NCBI GenBank assembly: GCA_017420755.1
Contig: JAFQOG010000032.1
Coordinates: 5,013-69,012 of the forward strand
From: Clostridia bacterium
GTDB taxonomy: Bacteria; Bacillota; Clostridia; Oscillospirales; CAG-272
Direction of reading: 5' to 3'
Length of the DNA stretch: 64,000 bases
Position 1 is the stretch's first letter, and each line of letters starts with the position of its first letter. The position numbers and the translations under genes were made by a program. The notes beneath the pieces are model-generated. The model was not told where the DNA came from. It searched no databases and saw nothing but the letters and a program-made list of their open reading frames with translations. Positions 50,616-58,631 of this stretch are shown here, one piece after another.

Positions 50616-50740
50616 AATGTCCTCCTTGATAAAACAGTAAAAACTGCAAATTCCGTTCTATACGGCTCTACATTTATATAATAACACATTATTTTTAAAA
50701 GTGCAAGAAAAAAGTGGCGCAAAAGCACCACTTTTAAAAA

Positions 50741-51697
50741 TTACATCTCCCAGCTTGAAATCCAAGCGGTAAAATCTTTATAAAGAGAGTTCATCTCGTC
50801 CTTTAATTCCTCACCCTTGTTTATTGTGTAAACAAAGTCGTAGTTGTCAAACTTTTCAAGGTATTCAGGCTGCTCGGAGCGTGTGTAGTTTCCTGATTCA
50901 AGCTCATATAAAGCCTTTTTAGCAAGAGTCTCTGCGTCTTTTACATTCTTCACAAGAGATGAGAGCTTTTCCTTGTCGATTGATTCGATTTTTGAAACGA
51001 GAGAATCAAAATATCCGTCCTCGTATCCGTAGTTGAACTGTGCACCCTTCTTTGTTATGTAATTCAGTGCATCGGTTGGATAGAGATAGTAGCCCTTTAC
51101 AAGATTGCCGTTTGAATCTGTATAGGTGTTAACTGTATATGTGTTCCAAGCGCATAAGAAGTTGACATAATCATACATATTATAAAGGTCGGAAACAATA
51201 CCGCTTTCAGCAATCTGTTGCCAAAGCGCTAAATCGCTTGAAATCTCGTCAGCGCTGAGAATAGAGTAGGAAGCGTCAACGATTTTAAAGTTAAATTCAT
51301 AGCCGAATTCGTCAGTGAAAAACTGGTCCTCACTTGGCGCAACCATAAGAGTACCTGTAACCTTGATTGCTTGCGTTGTGTATTCAAACGATTTCCCCTT
51401 TTCTGGGTAAACCTCCAAGGTGTTTGAAAGCTGTGAGGTGTTTGGCAAGCAGAATGGACAGCTTTGATATGGCATGTTCATAAGGAACATAAACGAGCCA
51501 TCAACAGGCGAGGATGTTGCCATATAGCCGTTTATTGTGACAGCCTGTCCGTCGATTGTTTTTAAGTAATCGTAGGTTGAGGCAGATTTAAAGCTCAGCT
51601 TCACAGGGTCAACATTCTTCTTTCCACAGCCGATAACGGGAAGAAAACACAAAAGAGCAAGCGCTAAGCAAATGATTTTTAAATAAATTCCTTTCAT
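50741..51697 (-). CDS. lipoprotein of unknown function (CxxC-containing), ABC-operon associated
   Basis: Lipobox PVIGC. YQSCPFCLP motif. Directly downstream of the FtsX-type permease. Confidence 0.5.
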   Translation of the reverse strand: MKGIYLKIICLALALLCFLPVIGCGKKNVDPVKLSFKSASTYDYLKTIDGQAVTINGYMATSSPVDGSFMFLMNMPYQSCPFCLPNTSQLSNTLEVYPEKGKSFEYTTQAIKVTGTLMVAPSEDQFFTDEFGYEFNFKIVDASYSILSADEISSDLALWQQIAESGIVSDLYNMYDYVNFLCAWNTYTVNTYTDSNGNLVKGYYLYPTDALNYITKKGAQFNYGYEDGYFDSLVSKIESIDKEKLSSLVKNVKDAETLAKKALYELESGNYTRSEQPEYLEKFDNYDFVYTINKGEELKDEMNSLYKDFTAWISSWEM

Positions 51698-51706
51698 GTT
51701 TCCTCC

Positions 51707-52945
51707 TTATGAGTTAATTGAGTCCTTCTTTGACATAACGAAGGTCCAAATCGCAGTTGGCAAAACACTGATGACAAAGACACCAACCAAAATTATAATT
51801 TCAAGTGGATAAATTCTTCCAATATTCAAAACAACGCCCATTGATGAAACATAGTCGTTCATTAAAGCCAAGCAAATTCTTGAAAGACCAAATGCTAAAA
51901 TGGTGGAGAACAGTCCGATAATTGAGTTTTGAATCAAGTAAAGAAGATTGATTTTTTTCATGCTTATGCCAATCAAGCGCATAAGCGATATTTCCTTTGA
52001 GGAATGGTACATATTAAGCAGAGTGATAATAGAAATTATCATTATGTTCATTATAAGAATAACTGCGCAAAGCACAAAAACAATATATTTTGTGTTGTCA
52101 GCGTCATTTAAAACATCTCTTACCGCGTCCATTGGGGAAATTGCCTGCAAGGAAATCGGGTTTTCGCCATCCCCCTCTATAACCTTGCCGTTATATTTTT
52201 CAATAATTGACATAGCAACTGAGGGGTTCTTTGCGCGAACCAAAACAGCACAAACTGTTTTTGAGTGATTGTGCGCTTCCTCGCCTTGGTGTGAGTCGTG
52301 ACTCTCGCTTGCGTGTTCATTTTCCGACTCGTGTTCTTCACCGTGGTCGTGTAAATCCCAAAGACTGCGAATCTGCGTGAAAACAACAGTATCAAAGGAG
52401 GAGTATGTTCTTTCTAATATACCAACAACAGTAAGACCCTTTTCGTGGGTTTGTCCCCCTGTTGCTGAGTGGCTTGTGTAAAGGGTGTCACCAACCTTTA
52501 AGCCGTTTTCCTTAGCCACGCGATAACCAATAACCGCTTCAAAGGAGCCGTGTTCTTTAAACATTTCTCCGCTGGAAAGCTCCTTGTCCTTTAAATAGGT
52601 TGGGGTTGTTCCAACAACGCTTGAGCCGTTATAGTTGTCAGCCATAGCAAATGGAACAGCCTCGCGCACGTTATTATCTTGGCTTAATTCTGTAACCACG
52701 GAGTAGGGAATAGTGCCAAGAGGCGCATCAGAAAAATACATCGAGTTCATAGCAAGCTGAGTCTTGCTACCAGACGGGCCGACAATAACTGAATAGTATT
52801 GAGCATTTTTTGAAATTCCATCGCTAACCTGATTTGAAACATTGAAGGCAAGCACGGCAATTCCGGCAGAAAGTATAATTGAAATAACGACCAAAATAAT
52901 CTGCACCTTTTTGATTGCCATATTTTTAAGAGCGAAGCGTATCAT
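51707..52945 (-). CDS. FtsX/MacB-type ABC permease with a His-rich extracytoplasmic insert
   Basis: TM1, large loop, then three C-terminal TMs. Insert HDHGEEHESENEHASESHDSHQGEEAHNHS. Confidence 0.7.
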   Translation of the reverse strand: MIRFALKNMAIKKVQIILVVISIILSAGIAVLAFNVSNQVSDGISKNAQYYSVIVGPSGSKTQLAMNSMYFSDAPLGTIPYSVVTELSQDNNVREAVPFAMADNYNGSSVVGTTPTYLKDKELSSGEMFKEHGSFEAVIGYRVAKENGLKVGDTLYTSHSATGGQTHEKGLTVVGILERTYSSFDTVVFTQIRSLWDLHDHGEEHESENEHASESHDSHQGEEAHNHSKTVCAVLVRAKNPSVAMSIIEKYNGKVIEGDGENPISLQAISPMDAVRDVLNDADNTKYIVFVLCAVILIMNIMIISIITLLNMYHSSKEISLMRLIGISMKKINLLYLIQNSIIGLFSTILAFGLSRICLALMNDYVSSMGVVLNIGRIYPLEIIILVGVFVISVLPTAIWTFVMSKKDSINS

Positions 52946-53607
52946 AAGAGCGCCTCCCCCTCGGGCTTAATATCAAAAAGCCCGCTTGTCATTTTGTTCA
53001 TATCAATAACGCAGTCGAAATACTTAGCCAAGCGCTCATCATGCGTTACAGCAATTAAGGTTTTGCCCCTTGAAATTTCGGAAAGAGCCTTAATAACCTC
53101 CTCGCCAACCTCGAAATTCAAGTTACCCGTTGGCTCATCAGCAAGAATTATGTCTGGCATTTTTACAATAGCGCGAGCAATAGCAACCCTTTGCTTTTGT
53201 CCGCCGGAAAGATGCTTTATTTTTGCATTTCTTTTTTCGTAAATTCCAAGAGCTTTAAGAATCTCTGGTGCGCGCGAGGTGTCAACACCCTCAAGACGCA
53301 AAATATTTATGTTATCCATAACGTTCATATCGTTAATGAGCTTGAAATCTTGAAAAATGTATCCGATTTTTTGGATTCTGAATTTGTCCTTTTCCTTTTG
53401 GCTCTTGCTTGTCATATTGCTTCCGTCAATGATTATAGAGCCTGAGGTGGGCGACAAAACGCCCGCAATAATGTTCAAAAGAGTTGATTTTCCACAGCCG
53501 GATGCACCAAGGAGCATATAGGATTTACCGTTTTCAAAGGTGATATCGCTATAATTGATGGCTGTCTCATTTTGAAACTGCTTTGTTAAATTTTTTACCT
53601 CTATCAT
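52942..53607 (-). CDS. ABC transporter ATP-binding protein (MacB/LolD-like)
   Basis: ATG at 53607. GASGCGKST, LSGGQKQRVAIARA, ILADEPTGNLN. Confidence 0.88.
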   Translation of the reverse strand: MIEVKNLTKQFQNETAINYSDITFENGKSYMLLGASGCGKSTLLNIIAGVLSPTSGSIIIDGSNMTSKSQKEKDKFRIQKIGYIFQDFKLINDMNVMDNINILRLEGVDTSRAPEILKALGIYEKRNAKIKHLSGGQKQRVAIARAIVKMPDIILADEPTGNLNFEVGEEVIKALSEISRGKTLIAVTHDERLAKYFDCVIDMNKMTSGLFDIKPEGEALL

Positions 53608-53649
53608 TTTTATTCCTTTCTTTGTTTTAAATTTGAAAAACAAAGAAAA

Positions 53650-53937
53650 TCAATTAGATAGCTTTACCCTTAGCTTTATAGGGGATGGTTTTGTTATTAT
53701 TACAAAAGCTAAAGAGAAGGCAACGCACAAAAATGCACAAGCTGTGAAAAATAGAGAAGCAGAAGACACAAAGAAAAATTCGCCCTTATTATTGCTTGAA
53801 AGCAATGCGCAAAATTGACAAAGCTCATTGTCACAACAGCAAGCGTGCCCAATTTCCAAGAAAATAGAGAAAACAGAAAAAGCCATAGCAAAAGCTAAGA
53901 CAAGCGCAATGATAAGTAAAATACGATTGCGTTTCAT
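53650..53937 (-). CDS. small Cys-rich membrane protein
   Basis: 95 aa, 2-3 hydrophobic segments, GHACCCDNELCQFC cluster. First gene of the ABC operon. Confidence 0.45.
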   Translation of the reverse strand: MKRNRILLIIALVLAFAMAFSVFSIFLEIGHACCCDNELCQFCALLSSNNKGEFFFVSSASLFFTACAFLCVAFSLAFVIITKPSPIKLRVKLSN

Positions 53938-54139
53938 AATACTCCTCCATTTTTTAGAATTTTATAAGCAATTTTTGCAATAATATATATTATATGATAG
54001 CACATTAAAAAGAAAAGTTCAAGAATAAAGGATAAAAAGTAAAAAAATCTCAAAAAATGAAACAAAAGCATAATTTTCAAATTTTTTAATAAAGTGCTTG
54101 ACAAGTAAAATAAAATGTGATACAATACTAACGCAATAT

Positions 54140-54215
54140 TGGGATGTAGCCAAGCGGTAAGGCACCAGACTTTGACTCTGGCATTTCGATGGTTCGAACC
54201 CATCCATCCCAGCCA
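54140..54215 (+). tRNA. tRNA-Gln (TTG), encoded CCA
   Basis: Hand-folded: acceptor TGGGATG/CATCCCA, anticodon stem CCAGA/TCTGG with loop CTTTGAC, T-arm GATGG-TTCGAAC-CCATC. Confidence 0.88.
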
Positions 54216-54285
54216 AAACAAAAAGGACACCAAATCGGTGTCCTTTTTGTTTTGCCCGGAACGTAGTGTTTGACCACTTTGTGTT
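54208..54285 (+). repeat. direct repeat, left copy (last 8 nt of tRNA-Gln, terminator, 35 nt)
   Basis: 78/78 identity with 57479-57556, aligned by hand. Confidence 0.85.
54219..54250 (+). terminator. terminator of tRNA-Gln
   Basis: GGACACC-aaatc-GGTGTCC followed by TTTTT. Confidence 0.75.
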
Positions 54286-54305
54286 GCGTCGCAACACAAA
54301 TGTGG
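54274..54305 (+). repeat. conserved hairpin of the repeat family (copy C1)
   Basis: CCACTTTGTGTTGC-gtc-GCAACACAAA(T)GTGG. Confidence 0.6.
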
Positions 54306-54503
54306 TTCGCAAGTCCGACTAAAGCCGTTGTCGGCTTGCCAGCAAAAGGCTAGTCGAGACTCTTTGCCAAAGGCAAAGCCTCCATCCATCCCAGCGGGTG
54401 TTAGCACCATACTAAATTGAGAGGGCGCATGCTCAAAGGACACCACGCCGCACTTGCGTCAAGGGGGTCCTCAAAACGAAGTATGAGTTTTGGGGATCAC
54501 AAA

Positions 54504-54555
54504 TTGCAAGGATACGCCGTGGCCAAAAGCCTCGCCTGTGGCGAGAAGCCAGCCG
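54504..54555 (+). repeat. palindromic-unit repeat (module P)
   Basis: TTGCAAGGATACGCCGTGGCCAAAAGCCTCGCCtgtGGCGAGAAGCCAGCCG. Near-identical copy at 57610-57661. Confidence 0.7.
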
Positions 54556-54824
54556 TAGAATATCTCGTTCTGCTTAGGCGAAGCCGAGCCGACTTGTATA
54601 AGACAAGCGCACGCCCTGTTTACACGTTTCACACAAACATTGACTCAATGCTTTCAAAACCTTTTTCATTGTTAGCACGTTGTTTCTTATTATGAAAACA
54701 TTGCAAAAATCGGTTTCTTTAACAGTTGAATAAATTTTTGAAATAAGACAAAATCAAATGCTCCAGTTTTTTATAATTTTTGATGTATTTTTCATGAAAT
54801 TTGGGCATAATTTTAAAAAAACTA

Positions 54825-54853
54825 TTGATTTTTTCTTTTTTTTAGATTAAAAT
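54825..54853 (+). promoter_or_regulatory. sigma70-type promoter of the cassette
   Basis: TTGATT, 17-nt spacer, TAAAAT, about 20 nt upstream of the first RBS. Confidence 0.55.
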
Positions 54854-54872
54854 ACAAAAGGAGGATTACTTC

Positions 54873-56036
54873 GTGAGATCCGAAGAAATAAGCAAAAGGA
54901 GAACTTCCATGATTGTTTTAAATGTAAAACTAAACAATTTATATGCATTTAAAAATTTCAATGCAAACTTTACTTATCCAAAAAAAATTGTTGGCTCTAC
55001 AATAAAAGATGAATTTTTGCCTGAGCGCCCTAATTTTAGGTATAAAAAGATTAATGTTTTTTTGGGAGCAAATGCTTCTGGTAAAACTACATTTGGTGTA
55101 ATATTGAGAAAGATTTTCAATTTTATTGATAAGAAAAACTACGAGCTTATTACAGATGCAATTTGTGACAAAAGCAAAGAAGCAACTTTTGTGATTGATT
55201 TAGCATCTAAAAATAATATTTTTTATCGAGTAATTTGTAATATTGAACCATGTATAGATACAAAATACTCATTTGAAAACATAAAACTTGAAATTCGAAA
55301 AGAAAACATATCGTTGAAAGATAGTTACGAATCGTGTGTTAAAAGAATTGAGAATCGCGAGTTTAATCCTGCAGAAAACTATATTACTGAATTGGAACAA
55401 ATCGAAGAACTCGCATGGTTGTTTGTTCATCCACGTTCCAATCAAATAGTATTTGATCTTCCAAATAAGGATCAAAAATTTTGTTTTCTCCTTGAAAAGG
55501 TTTTGAAATCACTAGATCCATCTATACAAAGTGTAGACGTTTCAAGTGAAGTTGACAATGCTTATGTAATTAGATTTCAAGAAAAATCAATTGTGTTACA
55601 AAATGATCAAAGAATAGACGATACATCTTTTTTATCAAGTGGAACGCGATCTGGTATAGTTATATCTCAAACATTGTACTCTCTTATGCAAGGACGTAAT
55701 AGTTTTTATTATTGTGATGAAAAGTTTTCGTTTATTCACAGTGATATTGAAAAAGCTATATTATCCCTTATGATCGACTTCGTTGGACCATGTGATCAAT
55801 TATTCTTTACCACTCACAATACCGATGTTTTAGATATGGATTTGCCCAAGCATACATTTAGTTTTCTTAGGAAAAATGTGAATAATTTTGAATGTCCCAT
55901 AACTTATGTAGAAGCATCTTCACTGTTAAAAAGAAGTACAGACTCGCTAAGAAATGCAGTTGAAAATGATTTATTTTTGTCTGCTCCTTCTACAGAACTG
56001 ATTTACTCCATTGCAAATTTGAAACGTAAGGAGTAA
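54873..56036 (+). CDS. ABC/SMC-type (AAA_21-like) ATPase, defence-associated architecture
   Basis: Walker A GANASGKTT, signature-like LSSGTRS, Walker B FYYCDE, H-loop FFTTHN. GTG at 54873 or, perhaps better, ATG at 54909 (AAGGAGA RBS). Confidence 0.75.
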   Translation: MRSEEISKRRTSMIVLNVKLNNLYAFKNFNANFTYPKKIVGSTIKDEFLPERPNFRYKKINVFLGANASGKTTFGVILRKIFNFIDKKNYELITDAICDKSKEATFVIDLASKNNIFYRVICNIEPCIDTKYSFENIKLEIRKENISLKDSYESCVKRIENREFNPAENYITELEQIEELAWLFVHPRSNQIVFDLPNKDQKFCFLLEKVLKSLDPSIQSVDVSSEVDNAYVIRFQEKSIVLQNDQRIDDTSFLSSGTRSGIVISQTLYSLMQGRNSFYYCDEKFSFIHSDIEKAILSLMIDFVGPCDQLFFTTHNTDVLDMDLPKHTFSFLRKNVNNFECPITYVEASSLLKRSTDSLRNAVENDLFLSAPSTELIYSIANLKRKE

Positions 56037-56041
56037 TCAAA

Positions 56042-56566
56042 ATGAAGAACACAAATATTCTATACTTCGTTGAAGGGGAAGATGAGAAAAAACTTGTAAA
56101 CGTTTTAAAAGCAGAGCTTAAACTGATTAAGGCAGGAAAGGTTCAAGTGTTAAATGTAGTTGAAGAGATAATTACAGATGCCATGCTTAGACCTTTAAAA
56201 AAAGATACCACTGTTGTGTTGGTGTTTGACACGGATACAAGAAATGTTGGCATTCTAAATTACAATATTTTAAGGCTGAAAGAATGTAATGCTGTGTCTA
56301 AAATAATTACAATTCCGCAAGTTGCAAACTTGGAAGACGAGTTGATACGCAGTTGTAACATCAAAAAAATTACAGACCTATTAAATAGTCCTTCTTTAAC
56401 TGATTTTAAACGTGATTTTATTAGGATCAATAATTTGAATGCTAAACTGATAGAACGCAAATTCGACATTGATGTTTTGTGGAGTCAAAAACCACCTATT
56501 TTATATCAAAATATTGATATAGAAAACAATTCAAAAGAAATAAAATTGTTTAAAAACAAAAAATAG
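56042..56566 (+). CDS. minimal TOPRIM-like protein (RloB/OLD-type motifs)
   Basis: 174 aa. ILYFVEGEDE (TOPRIM Glu) and VVLVFDTDT (DxD). Starts 5 nt after the ATPase stop. Confidence 0.6.
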   Translation: MKNTNILYFVEGEDEKKLVNVLKAELKLIKAGKVQVLNVVEEIITDAMLRPLKKDTTVVLVFDTDTRNVGILNYNILRLKECNAVSKIITIPQVANLEDELIRSCNIKKITDLLNSPSLTDFKRDFIRINNLNAKLIERKFDIDVLWSQKPPILYQNIDIENNSKEIKLFKNKK

Positions 56567-56613
56567 AAAAGTTGCTCTTGTGAGGAGCATCATTTAATAG
56601 ACAAGGAGAGATT

Positions 56614-57447
56614 ATGCCTATTTTTAATAAAACAATTCAATTGTTTATTTTTGAAGGGAATCCTAATGGCAGAATAATGTGTGAACTTTCAAATTGGAAT
56701 GGAAGAGTTTATAAAATTGCACGTAACCAATTATCAGAGTTTTCACAACGCACAGACAGTACATATACGGGAGTTTATTTTTTATTTGGGAAAGATGAGA
56801 ATAATACCACTACTATATATATAGGCGAAGCAGAAAACATTTTAACTAGATTAAAGCAACATTTGAATGATGATGTTTATTGGAATGAATGCGTTATTGT
56901 AATCAGCAACAATGATAGTTTAAACAAGGCTCATGTAAAATTCCTTGAAAATAAATTTTACCTTCTTGCCAAAGATGCCAACAGATCTAAAATTATTAAC
57001 GGAACAATTCCCACATGTTCATCAGTATCGGAATACGATCAAGCTATGCTTGAAGAGTTTATAGATAATGCAAAGTTACTTGTTGCTACATTGGGTTACA
57101 AATCTTTTGAAACGTTAGAACCTCAAATCGAAGAAACTATAAAGTTTTATATTTCTGCTGCAAGAGGAGCCGAAGCTGTTGGAACCATTGTAAGTGATGG
57201 CTTTATTGTTTTTAAAGGATCTACCGTTGCTTCATCTACTACATCTAGCATGTCTGATAATTTGAAAAACTTTAGAGCTAAACTTTATGCTGATGGAATT
57301 ATAGATTCTAATAATAAATTTGTTGAAGATTATCTGTTTTCAAGCCCATCCTACGCAGCAGCCATCGTTATGGGTCGCAATGCAAATGGCAAAACCGAAT
57401 GGAAAACGTCTGATCGTCAGAATATACACGATATAGAATCACAATGA
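56614..57447 (+). CDS. GIY-YIG nuclease with DUF4357-like C-terminal domain
   Basis: GVYFLFG...TIYIGEAENILTRLKQH...KFLENKF. C-terminal FSSPSYAAAIVMGRNANGKTEWK. AAGGAGAG RBS. Confidence 0.7.
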   Translation: MPIFNKTIQLFIFEGNPNGRIMCELSNWNGRVYKIARNQLSEFSQRTDSTYTGVYFLFGKDENNTTTIYIGEAENILTRLKQHLNDDVYWNECVIVISNNDSLNKAHVKFLENKFYLLAKDANRSKIINGTIPTCSSVSEYDQAMLEEFIDNAKLLVATLGYKSFETLEPQIEETIKFYISAARGAEAVGTIVSDGFIVFKGSTVASSTTSSMSDNLKNFRAKLYADGIIDSNNKFVEDYLFSSPSYAAAIVMGRNANGKTEWKTSDRQNIHDIESQ

Positions 57448-57478
57448 ATCTAATTCGGTTCAAATTACAAACAAAATG

Positions 57479-57556
57479 CCCAGCCAAAACAAAAAGGACA
57501 CCAAATCGGTGTCCTTTTTGTTTTGCCCGGAACGTAGTGTTTGACCACTTTGTGTT
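57479..57556 (+). repeat. direct repeat, right copy
   Basis: 78/78 identity with 54208-54285. Includes a second copy of the tRNA terminator hairpin, which would terminate the cassette. Confidence 0.85.
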
Positions 57557-57578
57557 TGCTCTGCAAACGCAAATGTGG
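57545..57578 (+). repeat. conserved hairpin of the repeat family (copy C2)
   Basis: CCACTTTGTGTTTGC-tct-GCAAACGCAAA(T)GTGG. The extra T/A pair relative to C1 is compensated. Confidence 0.6.
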
Positions 57579-57609
57579 TTCGTTCTTTTGCCCATAAGGC
57601 GTTCTCTGC

Positions 57610-57661
57610 TTGCAAGGATAAGCCGCGGGCAAAAGCCTCGCCTATGGCGAGAAGCCATCCG
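57610..57661 (+). repeat. palindromic-unit repeat (module P)
   Basis: TTGCAAGGATAAGCCGCGGGCAAAAGCCTCGCCtatGGCGAGAAGCCATCCG. Confidence 0.7.
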
Positions 57662-57718
57662 CCTTGTATCTTTTCTTTTTGCAGCGCAAAAAGCCTCCAT
57701 CCATCCCATCTAATAGAT

Positions 57719-57745
57719 AAGCCACTCGTTGCGAGTGGCTTTTTA
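57719..57745 (+). terminator. Rho-independent terminator
   Basis: GCCACTCG-ttg-CGAGTGGC followed by TTTTT. Confidence 0.65.
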
Positions 57746-57748
57746 AAT

Positions 57749-58486
57749 TCATTTAAACACAATCTCGTTTACGATGTCGCAGATTTTAGCGCACAGTGTT
57801 TGGTCTAAGTCCTTAAATGGCGAAGGGGATACTGGCTTATTTGTTAGGGTGGCAAGCCAGGTAAGGGCAACGGCATATCTTCCGTAGGTGCGTGACATAT
57901 GGAAGCCGTCGAGGCAGAGGGACTCACCGCCGTTTTTATAGTCAAACTCGGGCAAGCGTGTGCGCAGTGCTTGGATTACATCGCCTGATAAAATAGGGGA
58001 AAGCCCTGTTTTTTCGCGCACTATCTTCGCAACATCGCAAATTGAGGCGTACATTTTTTCCTGATTGCAGTCGTAAAGATAAAACTCACTATGAGTTGAG
58101 TCAATTTCATACGCCCAGGTTTTGTGGAAATAAAGCTTAGCCTCTGGCTGATGCTTTTTTACGTAGTCAATTAGGTTATTTAAGTAAGGCTGATAAGTTT
58201 CGTATTGTCCTGAAAAATGGCTCACCTGCTGAAGCGTTACCACGTCAAATTTTTCACTCTTTATTATTTCGTCAACGGTGACAAGTGGGTCGCCCCAGCC
58301 GTTGTCGTTTATTAAGTGGAGATATTTTGGGCTGTTTGACTCTATGTTTTCCCAGTGCGTTTGTAGGCTACAACCACCGATTGCAAGGTTAACCGCAGTT
58401 ATTTCGTATCCTGCCTCCTTTGCAAGCATGCTCAAATACGCATGTGCGTCAACTGAAAAGCTGTTGCCAATAGATAAAATTTTCAT
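57749..58486 (-). CDS. DUF4886/SGNH-hydrolase-like protein
   Basis: MKILSIGNSFSVDAHAYL... N-terminus is typical of the family. Confidence 0.65.
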   Translation of the reverse strand: MKILSIGNSFSVDAHAYLSMLAKEAGYEITAVNLAIGGCSLQTHWENIESNSPKYLHLINDNGWGDPLVTVDEIIKSEKFDVVTLQQVSHFSGQYETYQPYLNNLIDYVKKHQPEAKLYFHKTWAYEIDSTHSEFYLYDCNQEKMYASICDVAKIVREKTGLSPILSGDVIQALRTRLPEFDYKNGGESLCLDGFHMSRTYGRYAVALTWLATLTNKPVSPSPFKDLDQTLCAKICDIVNEIVFK

Positions 58487-58631
58487 CCTAAATCCCTCCG
58501 TCGGTTTTTATTAAGTTTATCACGTTTTCTTGCGCTTTTCAACAATCAAATTTATAAAAGCCTTTCTTTTTTCATTTCATTGAAAAATATATTCCTGTAT
58601 GATATAATATTTAAAAGAAAGGCGGTGCTTT

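Larger units (their letters stand above)
54208..57556 (+). mobile_element. tRNA-Gln-linked integrase-less genomic islet bounded by 78-bp direct repeats
   Basis: Perfect 78-bp repeat at both ends. The left copy starts inside the tRNA 3' end. The interior is visibly more AT-rich. Cargo is the three-gene ATPase/TOPRIM/GIY-YIG cassette. Confidence 0.55.

Noticed and set aside
53934-54695. ORFs 53934..54446, 54019..54312 and 54417..54695
   Set aside because: They run through tRNA-Gln, its terminator and repeat modules. They have no RBS and no recognisable protein features.
57368-57808. ORFs 57368..57709, 57444..57713, 57460..57762 and 57575..57808
   Set aside because: They lie in the right direct repeat and repeat-family sequence. 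Their translations mirror those of the left repeat (…NTKWSNTTFRAKQKGHRFGVLFVLAG…) only because the DNA is duplicated.
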